From: the human T2T-CHM13v2.0 reference genome, Homo sapiens
Direction: 5' to 3' (one strand)
Assembly (NCBI RefSeq): GCF_009914755.1
Contig: NC_060926.1
DNA length: 64,000 bases
Shown here in pieces: positions 11,351 to 23,647 of the stretch. The notes below the pieces were generated by a model. It saw only the letters and a list, made by a program, of their open reading frames with translations. It did no database searches and was not told where the DNA came from. The position numbers and the translations under genes were made by a program. Position 1 is the first letter of the stretch, and each line of letters opens with the position of its first letter.

Positions 11351-12094
11351 TCTCTCACGCCCTTCCCAAACATTCCAGTCCTCTTTAAATAATCTTTATT
11401 CTAAGAGGGAAATTTTCAGAAAATTGAACTTTTACAATCTTTCGATCACACTCTGTGGACGTCAAAGGGATTTCTGTGTCAAAATCAGCTCCGATAAAGC
11501 TTCAACTGGTCACGTGCAAAAGTTCAATTGTTTCTGCGTATTTTTTTCCACATCTGGAATTCAGCTCTCTTTGCCTTTCCTCCCCAGAAGTCTCCTGCTC
11601 TTGTATTGTATAAATATTTCAGACAGTCTGGGTCTGCAGAAGGAAGAGGAACAGAGCCTCCTTCATGTGTTTCCCTGCACAAGTTCTGGGACTCCGTGGA
11701 AGGGACGCTGGGGACTTCTCACCAGAGCACACTGCCAGCCAAGAGAACAGTCTCAGTCAGCAATTGATCTGGGCCTCCTGCCCTGTCTCCTGGGGTGGCT
11801 CAGAAAGCACTGAGGTAGTCCACTGGGCTGAATCTGAATTGAGGGAGGCTTGCTTACCTGCTAAGGCCCTTTGAGGCTGTTACTTAGAGATGTCGTTTAA
11901 AATTCAGTGCTCACTGAGGACTCCATGTGCTGTAGACTCCCAATAAATGTTGCTTATGAATTCAGGAGGAGAAAGTGGCAGCATCCAGGAGGTATTGTCC
12001 ACAGGAGTCTGATGCAGAGAGCCCTGGGAGGAGCCACGGGGCCATGAGAACGCTCTTCTGACCCCGACCTGCCACGTAGCCACCTCTCTATCTA

Positions 12095-12496
12095 ATGGGG
12101 CCACAGATCTGGGTGGTTTAAACAAAGAACATTTATTTCTCACAGTTCTGGAGGTTGGAAATCCAAGATCAGGGTGCCAGCATGGTTCTAGATAAAGGCC
12201 CTCCTCCTGGTTTACAGACAGACATCTTCTTCTTGTATCTTCACATGATAGAGAGAGGAGAGAGAAGAGGCAAGCTCTCTCCTGTCTCTTCTTGCGAGGG
12301 TACTAATCCTTTCCATGAGAGCTTCACCTTCATGACCTCATCACCTCCCAAAGGCCCCACCTCCTAAAACCATCACCTTTGGGAGTTAGGGTTTCAGCAT
12401 GTAGACTGATGGCGGAGGGGCACATTCAGTTCATAGCACCCAATAAGGTCACATTCTGAGGTGCCAGTGGATATGAATTTTGGGGGACACTGTTCC
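12095..12496 (-). mobile_element. MaLR LTR (MLT1A/MSTD group) plus an adjacent MLT1 5' fragment
   Basis: tttatttctcacagttctggaggttggaaatccaagatcagggtgccagca...cacattcagttcatagca, then cacattctgaggtgcc...gaattttgggggacac. Confidence 0.82.
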
Positions 12497-12499
12497 TCC

Positions 12500-13193
12500 A
12501 GTTGCCTGGAGGTACAGGATGGCCGCAGTGGCAAGTCAGGATGCACGTCCTGCCTGACATCCAAGTCTCTTTCCCGACTGTGGAAGAAAGCTCTAGGGTG
12601 GTTATTGTGGGTGTTCTACCTCACGCCCTTGGATCCTTTTTCCTGATTGTCTGTCCCTTTGCTTTTCACTGCCTGCATCTAACACTGTGTCTGGAGGATT
12701 GCCCTGAGGCCGCTGGAGAGGCTTATACAAAGAACTGGAAGTATCTGAAATCTTAATTCCCAGGATACTGTGCAGCCCTTACAGCACAGCTCCTGGAACT
12801 CCCCTATAGAACCGGCTACCCACTGCAGGACCTTACCTGAGATCACTCCCTGGGAGCACTTCCTTAATAAGGCCCTTGAATGGGAATCCCTGTTTCAGAG
12901 TCTGTGTCTGGGTAGGGTTGCCAGATTTAGTAAATAAAGACACAGTTAACAAGGATACATAATAATAAAAATTAAAATTAAATAACAATAAACAAAAGCC
13001 TGGTTAAATTTGAATTTTACAGAAGCAACAAGTAATTTTCAGTATAACTATGTCCCATGCAATATTTGGGACATATTTATACTAAAAAATATTTGTGGTT
13101 TATCTGAAATTCAAATTTAATTGGACGGCATGTTTTTTGTTGTTGTTTTTGTTGGTTTTTGGCAACTCTACCTCTAGGAAACCTAATTTAAGA
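12500..13193 (+). mobile_element. LTR16-like ERVL LTR, interrupted by MER53
   Basis: 3' end ccctgggagcacttccttaataag...atccctgtttcagagtctgtgtctggg[MER53]ggaaacctaatttaaga. The 5' boundary is uncertain. Confidence 0.55.
12913..13170 (+). mobile_element. MER53 palindromic hAT MITE
   Basis: TIRs tagggttgcca / tggcaactcta. Central hairpin tatgtccca-tgcaatatt-tgggacata. Confidence 0.9.
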
Positions 13194-13417
13194 TGAACTT
13201 TACTCTGATTGGACCAACTTAGAGCACTTTTTCCTAAACACAGTGATGTGGCAAGTGGCTTAGGATAAGGATTTGATTAGATCAATCAAGGTCCAACCTT
13301 GGATCTGAAGGTGCCGTCAAGTCCACCCAAGCTTTTGCACTGGTTGCTTCACATGAGGAGGGTGGTGTGGATTTGGGGGAGACAACCACATGGTCTGTTA
13401 CTAAATATAACCAACCA

Positions 13418-13796
13418 CAGTTTATTCATGATACTCAGTAGTTGTCGTCTACAATGTCATGAGAGACACCAAATTAGCGCATACGGAGCCTTTGCCCCTC
13501 AGGGAAAATACAGGCTTAGATTCCTTTGAGCCTCTTGGTTACAACGTCTTCGCCAACTAATCAATATATAACCTTGTTCTTTGAGTGCTTCTGTTTAAAG
13601 ACACTTTATTTAATACATACTGTTGATTCACTGACGTGGAACTCACAGCCAGTGGCACACAACTCATGTGTGAATGAAGCTTACCTAACATATAAATTTT
13701 CTCTGTAAGGCATATCACAGCCTTCTTGCACTTAGGAACACCAAACAGCACTTCAGCACTAGGTTTGGGGCAATTTTAAATGGCAAAGCCACCGAC

Positions 13797-13833
<37 letters not shown>

Positions 13834-14067
13834 ACACACACACACACACAATGTAGAAAATGTGGCACTAAATAGAGCTGGAACAAGAAAGCAGAGTGCC
13901 GCCTTGCTCGGCCCGGCTGGGAAAGGACACATCGGAGGACCCACGTTCTGCCGCCACGCGCATGTTTGCATGTGGCAGGAACAGCACTGTGTGTATGAGT
14001 TGGGAGTCACAAAGAGATGTTAGCAAGTAGTCAAACTCACAAGTACGAAATCTGCAAATTCAACCTG
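13418..14067 (-). mobile_element. MER82 with internal (CA)n
   Basis: Reverse-complement homolog of 2914-3566 (catatcacagccttcttgcacttaggaac). (CA)n at about 13797-13850. Confidence 0.88.
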
Positions 14068-14084
14068 TAAAAACCAATTAATGG

Positions 14085-14640
14085 CTGTATTTGCAGAGCT
14101 GCCAGGGCTTGTTTCAAGTATACTCATATTACGTTTACCTTTCAGAGAATCTCCTACTGCCAAAACACAGGGGCTAGCTAGCTAAATACAGAACTGAACA
14201 AACAGCCTCTTACAAGGAACTCTGTTTGCCTAGCTATCAACATGCAGCCTTTCCTTGCTATGTAACTATAGTAGCTAGTTATGTATTTACAGTGTTAACA
14301 CAAATGACTTTGTACAAGACACCATATTTGCCTGGCTATTTCGTACCTGTATGACATGAAATTCCTGAATCAGCCCTCTAGCTGCGTAATCTGTAAATAG
14401 AGAGCTTGCTTTTTAAAGAAACTAGCAGAGGGAAAGGCCATGCACTAAACCACTTTACAAATTGCTGCTACTGTTTACACAGCCACCTGCTATCACACAT
14501 CCATGGCCCTGCCATGGGACTGTTTAACCAAGGGTGGTTATTTAAAGTGTTTGGAAGGGATCATCCACCAAAGCCTTTCTTTATCTCTTGAAAGACACTT
14601 ATCTCTTGCATGGATTGACTGTTTGCCCAAACAATCAAAA
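14085..14640. promoter_or_regulatory. Candidate enhancer: homotypic forkhead (RYAAAYA) cluster with GATA sites
   Basis: Eight consensus sites at 14088, 14198, 14223, 14284, 14325, 14393, 14472 and 14620. TTATCT at 14581 and 14599. Confidence 0.55.
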
Positions 14641-14999
14641 CATCAAAAAGTTTTTTTTGTTTTTTGTGTTTTTTTGACTGGAGCTGGCAGCCTGTTCTGC
14701 GGACAGCTCTCAGCTGTCCATCTATTCTCCCAGATGCAGGAAGATCGCTTGGAAGAATTGCATGGGATGGAGGAGTGTTAGCATGATCTGATATTGTCAT
14801 GGCAGGCCTCCTACAATATGACACTCACAATGTTTCATTTCCCCAACTTTTTGTTGTAATTAATTTTCTTGTTTTAGAATTAACTTTATTTACCAAAATT
14901 ATACAGTGTATGCATACAGTTTTTGAATCAACTATTACTAAAAGGCTTATGCAGGAGCCCTGTCAGCCCCTTCCCTGCCAACATACACAAAGCAATGGC

Positions 15000-15295
15000 T
15001 TTTTTGTTTTCTTCAGACAGGTTCTCTCTCTGTTGCCCAGGCTGGAGTGTGGTGATGCGATCATAGCTCGCTGCAGCCTCCAACTCCTGGGCTCAAGCAG
15101 TCCTCTCTCCTCAGCCTCCCAAGTAGCTGGACTACTGGTACTCACCACAATATCTGGCAAATTTTTTAAATTTTTAGTAGAGATGGGGTCTCACTATGTT
15201 GCCCATGCTCGTCTTGAACTCCTGGCCTCAAGTGATCCTCCCGCCTCGGCCTTCCAAGGTGCTAGAATTACAGGCATTAGCCACCACTCCTGGCC
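15000..15295 (-). mobile_element. AluJ inside an old L1 remnant
   Basis: atcatagctcgctgcagcctc, tcactatgttgccc (J-type). Confidence 0.93.
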
Positions 15296-15494
15296 CTGGA
15301 TTTGTTTTTGATTCTTGACTCTTTTAGCTGTTTCTTCTCATGCTGACCCTTGCTGTGGAGTAATATGTTAATGTCTACTTTATCGATTTATCCATTTTAG
15401 CATTACCTATTGATTTTTGTTAGGATGGCTGAGTTTTTAGCTCTCTTCCACCCTCATCCTCCCCTCCCTCTCTTCCTTTCATGATTCCTCATGA

Positions 15495-16000
15495 TGCCCC
15501 CATTGGTTCTCAGAGTGATAGCCACCCAGTGGCATCATGACAAGGCCCTGCATGGCCTGGCCCCTGCCAGCCTCTCCAACTTCCCTCCCATCCAACCATC
15601 TCCAGTCACGTTGTCCTTCTTGTAGTTCCTGGGATGCCCTGAGCTCTTTCTACCTGGGGCCTTTGCCCATGCTGTCCCTCTGCCCAGGGGCCCTCATTCC
15701 AAGTCCTCCACCCAGGCCACCTGCTCATCTTGCACTCTCAGTCCAGAGGTCACCTCCTCAGGCTGTGCCCATCGTATATTCTCACAATGTGCTATGCATT
15801 TCCACAGCATTGATCACAGCTAGGAACTACATATTTATTATACATTTCCATATTAACTATGTATGTTAACAGCTATCTCCTCCATCAAGTCTACTCATGA
15901 GGACAGAGATAGTCTCCATTGGCTGGTCATCATTTCCAAGAGCCTAGCACAGTCCCTGACCCCCTAGGTGGTACTTGATACAAGTTTATTAAAAGAATAA
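15495..16000 (+). mobile_element. L2 3' region
   Basis: caaggccctgcatggcctggcccctgcc...gcctttgcccatgctgtccc...cctagcacagtccctgac. Confidence 0.75.
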
Positions 16001-17124
16001 AAGAACATCCCTGGGTGAGTCTCTCAACATCTCTGAGATCCAGGTGTTTCAGAAGGAAAGTGAGGCTGATGACATCCACCTTGCAGGGCTGCCATGAAGC
16101 GGGAGGGTCCTGGGCCCGTGTGTGGCCTGCAGTGGGTGCACAGGGGCCCAGCAGGTGCTGCTGGCGGTTGCCCATGGGCAGACCTCACAGGCTGCAGGCG
16201 CCCTGCGCTAGGGTCCTGCCTTTCTGCTGCTGAAAGGGTCTGCAGGCCTCTTTGTCTCCATCCCTTGTCTATAAAGCTTCTCACACATGAGTTCTGTCCC
16301 TTCATCATTTCCCCATGTCCATCATGGGTGTGGGGCTAGCACAGAAGAGACCCTCAGTGTCTTCGGCGGGGCTCCCCAGAAACAGGCCTGGGACAAGAGC
16401 CCCAGAGCAGGGGCTTTCCTGGCATTTCCCCATGAAGAAGCTGGACAAGGAAGGGTGGAAGGGGAGGGGGCCAAGCCAGACTGGAGCTTCAACCTCACCC
16501 ATGAGGACTCTGGTCATGGGGGACTCTGGAGAGTAAGCAGTGCCTCACACTTGCCTCCCCTACAGCCGAAGAGCTGGGCTTTCCCTCCAACCATCCCTCA
16601 AGGGTGGAGGGCAGGGTAGGGAGTCAGTTCCAGGCACTTGATTCTCTGCACCTGGTGCCACCCCCCCCCCAAAAGAGCTGCAGTTATGAGGGTACACTCG
16701 AAAGTACATGGCAGGGCGCACAAAAGGCCTGGATCAAGCATCCTCATCCCCTACACTCAGCAAAGGCTCCTCAACTTTGTTCCAGAATCCAAGATGGGTT
16801 CTCCTGACGACAGCAGAGAAACAGCTCTATTGCTGGCATTTCTGCCGGGGTGGCTGGCAGGAAAAAAATCAGCTCTGCTTGGCAGTGAGTCAGCCTGGAG
16901 CCCTCTCAACCTCCTGTAGGGACATCTGCCAATTCCACTTGCCCCTGAGGCCCCACCTGGCCTCTGCTGGCTCCCTGGGTCCTGGCAGGTGGGCGGGGAG
17001 AAAGGCAGAGAAGCCCAGCCTTCCTCCTACAGCCTGGGAAGTACCCATGGCTGCTTAGGTTGGAGAGACCTTGGCAGGCCCTTCTCTAAGACACAGTGCG
17101 GAAAAAAACGATGGAAAATCCTGA

Positions 17125-17520
17125 CTTGGCCAATTAATACGAGCAGCAGGAAAATCCCTAAATTGGTTCCATAACAACCAATCTCTGTTTTCAGGTCCAC
17201 AGGAAGACAGAAAAAAAAATGGATCCCAGGTGAAGGAAAATTCAAGTGCAACCAAAAGTTCATCAATACTTTTCTGTCTTTCCCTCACCAGGTCCCGGCC
17301 AAAGCTGTTAGAACATGCCTGCCTCCCTGGTTAAGCGAGGTAATTTGATCTGGGCAATAATTGTCATAAATATTCATGGTTTTGCCTTAACATTAGGATA
17401 ACATCTGTTTCCAAACATCTGCAATCTGTTTTCAATGCTTCAGTAAAATGTAAATTAGCTATAACTAATACAATAAATCACTAATGAGGGCAGTGATAAT
17501 GAAAGACGCCCATTAGGGCT
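17125..17520. promoter_or_regulatory. Candidate enhancer (HOX/PBX/CDX-type motifs)
   Basis: CAATTAAT, GTCATAAA and CAATAAATCA (TGATTTATTG on minus) plus several TAAT cores in apparently non-repeat DNA. Confidence 0.4.
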
Positions 17521-17962
17521 GGGGTCCAGCTTCATCTCCAATGGCCAGTTTCCTGGAGTTCTCCAGAACTTTGCTTTCTACCACTTCAAACTTCCCCCTA
17601 ACTGAAAGGGGCTTTGAAAAGCCTGCTCACCTCTTGGTTTGCAAGCATGTCACTAGACAGGGTCTCCTCCTTACCTCATCCTTCTCCAGAGGAGGCACAC
17701 CAATCTTTCTAGAAGTCAGGGCCACCTGGGCAGGTCCCATGCATGGAACCTTCCACTTCCTGCAGAACGAAGTCCTTTCATTAACCCATTTGTCCTTTAA
17801 GGCTGGGTTATTGGCACTGTCCAGATGATGCCTGCAGCACAGTGTGGCTGAGACAAACTGGCCAATTAACAGACAGAGATGAGCAGGGCATTCATTCACA
17901 GAAGAAATGCTGATAGTCAAGGATTATTTGAGGAGTTTCACTCTCACTAGTCATATATACAT

Positions 17963-18394
<432 letters not shown>

Positions 18395-19030
18395 TCAAGG
18401 GGGAAACAGTAACTTTACAGTGGAAAACTCTGGAGGATACCATCTTAACCATGTTATCAGAATGAACATTACCCTCAGCAGGACAAATGGATGCCCATGC
18501 CTCCTTATGAGATGTGCTGAGGAGGACGTACCTCCCTTGTGCGGGGTTCCTGACATCACCTGGGTAGAACTCTGGGGAGACATCACTAAGCTCAGATCAG
18601 GGAACCTTCTACAAAATAACTGGCCTATACTCTACAAGGGTGAGAATGTCACAAAATGCAAAGACAGGCTGCATAACTCTTCCAGGTTAAAGAATACTAC
18701 AGAGATGGGATATGTGGTCCTGGATTTGCATTTGCTTTGAGGGACATGATTGGAGCCAGTGGAGAAATCTGAATGAAGTCCACAGTTTAGATAATAATAT
18801 TATATCAATGTTTATTTCCTGATTGTGATCATTGTACCATGATTATGTAAAGGAATATTTTTGTTGTTAGTTGATGTATTTAGTTGTAGTTAGGTAGAGA
18901 GAGAGAGAAGGATATGGCAAATGTGGTTAAATGTTAGTATTTGGGGAATTTAGATGAGGCTGTATGAAATTTTTCTTGTTATTCTTGTGACTTTTCTTTA
19001 AGCCTGAGATTATGCCAAAATAAAACCAAA
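18395..19030 (+). mobile_element. L1MC/L1MD-type 3' region
   Basis: gtaactttacagtggaaaac...accatcttaacca...ttagataataatattatatcaatgtt...aaaataaaa. Confidence 0.75.
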
Positions 19031-19034
19031 AAAA

Positions 19035-19255
19035 ATTTTAGAATCAGCTTAAAAGTGTCCTCCTCCAGGAAGCCCTCCTTGACTCCCTCAGGAAGCCCAG
19101 CAGCAGCCTCATGTGCTGTAATTACCAGTTCACTCTTTTGTCTCCCCTTGCAGGCTGTGAGTTCTCTGAGAGGAGGAACTGGGTCTTTTCCATCTCATAC
19201 CCAGAGTGCTGAGCACAGACAGCCTTTACAAAGCAAGTTTGTTGAATAAATGAAG
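19035..19255 (+). mobile_element. L2 3' end
   Basis: tcctccaggaagccctccttgac...tttgttgaataaatgaa. Confidence 0.7.
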
Positions 19256-20669
19256 GAGACCTACCAAGTTTATTCTTCCGGAATGTGGTGAATGTGACAG
19301 GCCACTGTGGAAGGGCCTGGGCTGGGTGCGGTTGGGGAGGACTTGGGTGTCACTGCTGCCTGTCACAGTCATTCCTGCTGGGATTTGAATGCAGCCAGGT
19401 GGAGGAGCTGTGCCTCTTCTCCAAGATACACACCTGTTCCCTGATGTTACTCAGGGAAGAAAGGGCATAGGAGCTTGACCCTTCTCCAAAGGCTTTTGAT
19501 GAGGCAAAAACATGCCTGATTGACTAAGGTGGCTGTGCTCAAAGCCAGCTTCCAGGAACTGGCATGAAGCCTCGGAAGGAAACCCACCTTAGGGGAAAGA
19601 GGAGCCCAAGGTCTGCGGGTCGGGGGAGTCTGCTGGGGCTGGCCATGGGTCTGTGGGTGATTCTGGAAACTCCCAACCTTCCCATACCTCCTGCCGTAGG
19701 TTCTAGGAAAACAGCTGCTTGAGTATAGACAGAAAGAGTTGAAACGTGTGGAGCCCTGAGTGTAACGCAGACGGAGAGAATATCCACTATGGCTCAGATT
19801 AACCAGTGGGCCATACCTGGGACCATGTCATGCCCTTGTCTCAGATAAACTAGTGGGCCACACCTTGATGCCTGTGTCACCAAGCAGCATGCCTTCCTGC
19901 CAGGGGCAGCATCCGCCTGGGAGGCAGGGGCCTCAAACAGAAGAGGAACCTTCTGGAGAAGAGGATAGGATTTCTGCAAGAGAAGCGGAAGGGGCCTGGG
20001 GCCGCCACAACAGAGCCTACGTGATGAAGCAAGGATGCCGCCCTGGCCCAAAGGAGTGTCTGCATACATGGGAAGGCCTGTCTGTCACTAGGCCTGGGGG
20101 CCCACAGGTGGCCTCCCCTCCGGCCAGGTGAGGTGATGCTGGGAGGGTCCCTCTAGTAAAGACGAGTTGGGGGTGGATGCTGGGATGCTGGCTGTGGGGT
20201 TTTATCCATAGGATGCTGCTTAAATCATGAGAACAGCAGTCATATAAATCAAAATCCTTTTTAAGTTATTGCACCCTGCCAGGAGTTGGGCAGAGTGACT
20301 GTTGTATGGGGGGCCATGGCTCTGCCTGGTCGGGCTCGCAGGACATTTCCAGAGCTGTCTAGGGTGGGGATACCAAGGCCATAGGCTCACACTTCTCACA
20401 CCCTCAGGTGTGTAACCTGCAGTGTGATTGGCTATGACACCCCCACCCCACCAGGTGAGTTGGATTCCAGGAGTCCGGGGGTCTAGGGAGAGAAAGACCC
20501 CAGATGACTGCCGAAGGGCAGGTTGGGAGGCAAGTGCAGTTGTGGCAAGCGTGTGCACATGCAGGCGAGTATGTGCCTGCAGCCCCAGCGGGGCCGGCCC
20601 AGGGCAGGCTGTGCTTCGCACTCCTCAGGGGTACCCTGGACATCGGCCATCCCACATTTGTATAGTGAG

Positions 20670-21070
20670 GCCATGAATTGAATTGTGTCCCTCCCAAAAC
20701 TCCTATGTTGAAGCCCTAACCCCCAATGTGGCAATATTTGGAGATAGCACCTTTAAGGAGGTAATGAAGGTTGAACTAAGTTATAAGGCTGAGGTCCCAA
20801 TCTGATAGAACTTGTGTCCTTCAAAGAAAAGGAAGAGACATCAGAACATTCATTTGCATTCCACCCCTCTCTTTCTCTGTACACACAGAGGTTAGAACAC
20901 AGCAAGCAGGTGGCCATCTGCAAGCCAGGAAGGGAGCCCTCACCAGAAACCAACCCTGCTGGCACCTTGATCTTGGACTTCCAGCCTCCAGCACTGTGAG
21001 AAAATAAATCTGTGTTGTTTAAGCTTCCCTGTCTGTGGTATTGTTACAGCAGCCTGAGCCAACCAATACA
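20670..21070 (+). mobile_element. MLT1A-group MaLR LTR
   Basis: gaattgtgtccctcccaaaactcctatgttgaagccctaacccc...ggcaccttgatcttggacttccagcctcca...ccaataca. Confidence 0.88.
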
Positions 21071-23647
21071 GTGAATGCTGCAACCTCCCCAAGCAGGTGG
21101 TGGTAAAGGACATAGGAAGAGTACTTTTTTTAAATTGGCCCAGACTGTTGGGGCTGGGAGAGAGACTGCCCCATGTGGGTTCCCCCACACAGCTTCAGTA
21201 CCCAAATAGGAGGCTGGGGTTCCCAACACCCACCCACATCTCTCATACAAGTTAGTATATGCCTTTGATGAGAATGGCATCATCTTAGGTGTAAAGCCCT
21301 TGCGCAGTACACAACCAGAACATCTGTATGTGGTGGACTGCCCCATCACCACCACCACCACTAGGGGCTGAGGATGGAGCAAGTGCTTTTTTAGCCTCAG
21401 TGTTATGGTAGAGTGCAGCCACAGTCATGCAAGGCTGTCCGACTTGCAAGGCACACTTTCAACCCGACCAGAGCAGGCTCTGGGGAAGCCTCTGGGAGCC
21501 TGGGAAAGAGGGCTGAGCAGGAGACCCCAGAAAGGAAGAGGTATAAAGAGAGGCACCTTGGGAAGTGAGGAAGGGAAGAGGGAAGGGGCAGGGGCCAGGA
21601 AAGGGGCTTTCTAAGGGACAGCACCCCCAGGCCCCAGGAGTTCCAGGGCAGTGAGAGAGGCTTCTACACTTGCATAGCCCCAAAGAGAAAAGTTTGTAGC
21701 TTGGAATAGCCTTGGTTCTGCCACTCACACATTCCTTCCTTTGGGTCCACCAAGCACTGGCTTCTGGAAAAGGCTCAGAAAGCACCCCGAACAGGAGGAG
21801 GAGGGGTGTACCCCCTGCCCAGGCACAGCAGGGCAGTAGCTGACCAGCCTCAGCTAGGAGCCCTCCCCACAGATGGCCCCATCATTGCCTGACTTCACCT
21901 CCCTTGCAGGTGGCTGGAGATACTACTCATGAGACAAGAAAGAAAGGGCGCCCCCTGCCATGCACAAATGCCCACGCCACACAGGCCCCGGTGAAGGAGG
22001 CACTGGGACATGGGAGCATCAACCCCCACGCAGGTAAGGATCTCATAGCGTCTGGAAAACAATAGTGCCTGGAAAAATTCGTTGTTCTTAGTGGATTGTT
22101 GGGGGAAGCTGTGTGGCATGGGAGCTAGTTTCCAAGGGGAGACTGGAAATACTTCCTTCTTGTCATTCTCTGATGGGAAGAGAGACTCTGTCACCTCCTG
22201 GCCAAGTGGGCTTCCTCTGTGTTGTCTTTGGGACAGGCCCCCAGGAGATGCCAGAGCTGCAGGCCCCCATCCCAGCCCTGAGTGTGCCACTGAGGGCTCT
22301 TCCAGCTGATTCTGTTACTGGAGGATCTATAGGACCAGACAAAGCCAAGGTCCCAACCGTGGGTGCCCACCTCTGCTTCCAGACCAATGTGGTAATGCAC
22401 CATGGGCATAGCGGGGCCTCTTTTATGGCCCTGCTGCCAGGCCTGAGAAGTATTCCTGCCCCATAAATATTCTAGTTACACTTTAGAGGGGAGCACTGAG
22501 GCCACAGGGAATCCACAATCCTTTGTCCCGGGACCTCCAAGCTCCACAGAGCTGTTTCTGTAACGTGGCCACCAACTTTCTGTGCCTGGATCTAACCTTT
22601 GAACAGTCAGGATTAAAACCAGTGAACACAAAAAGAAAACACCTGCTCAACCCACCAGACAGTGCTGTGGTGAGGGTTGCAGGGACCACAGCACCCAGGA
22701 TACCAGGATGGACTCGAGGGCTGCCTTCCACCCCGTGGCCGGCCGGGTTTGGGGTGCTTTGTCCTCAGCTCTCTTGGTCGTCAGGCGCCAGGACCTCAGA
22801 TTCATTCCTGAGTTAAAGGGCTTCCTGTGCGGTGGCTGCCCACTGGCAGAACATCCGGATCTCTGGGGAGCGCCAGGCCACTGGATCTGACTCCCCAGTG
22901 CTGGGACGCTGGTGTTCCTACTCTTCCCAAGCCTGGCATGGACAGAGTGGTGGTGCAAGGGCACGCTAGGCCACAGACCCCCTCTGCTCCCGACAGGACA
23001 GTGGAGAGCATGCACGCCCGGAGCAGAGTAGGGCTGGCCTCCCTGGCTTTTCATTTTCACCCTGTGGGGAGCTCAGGGCCCCACTGCATGGGGCTGCCTG
23101 AGATCCACTCTGCAAAATGGTAACCTAGATCCACCTTTCTGCACTGGAAAGTTCTGCTTCTGACTGTGGACATCCTTTTTCAGGCTCCCATGGGAGCACC
23201 GCCAATCATCTGCAGAAAGTGCAGGGCACACGGGAGGTGGGGGAGACCTGGGCCATCACCCTATTACTCCTCCCACTGTCCTCGCCCTGACAGCTCTGCC
23301 AGGGGTTTCTGCTCTGACCCTGACACTGGGGAGCCTGTGGGTGGAGGGCATTGGCCAGCCACATTCTTCTAGGGCACAGCTGTAGTGAGGGTCCGCACCA
23401 GTGGGGGGCTGCTGAGCACACACATGTGAGGTGGAGCCTGGTTTTGGCCCTGGTGGCTGACTGAGGAGGGGCTAGTTCCTGAACGTCCTGTGCCCTGCTT
23501 TCCTCACAGGCTTACGTGAGTTTGGGTCTACCACGGTGCCCAGCACAGTCCCTGGCACATTCAGGAACCTCCACAACCTTCTTTTCTGCCCCTTATCTCA
23601 TCTCCTTCTCTGGTCTAGATTCCCCAACGCAACCCAAATAAGGATAG

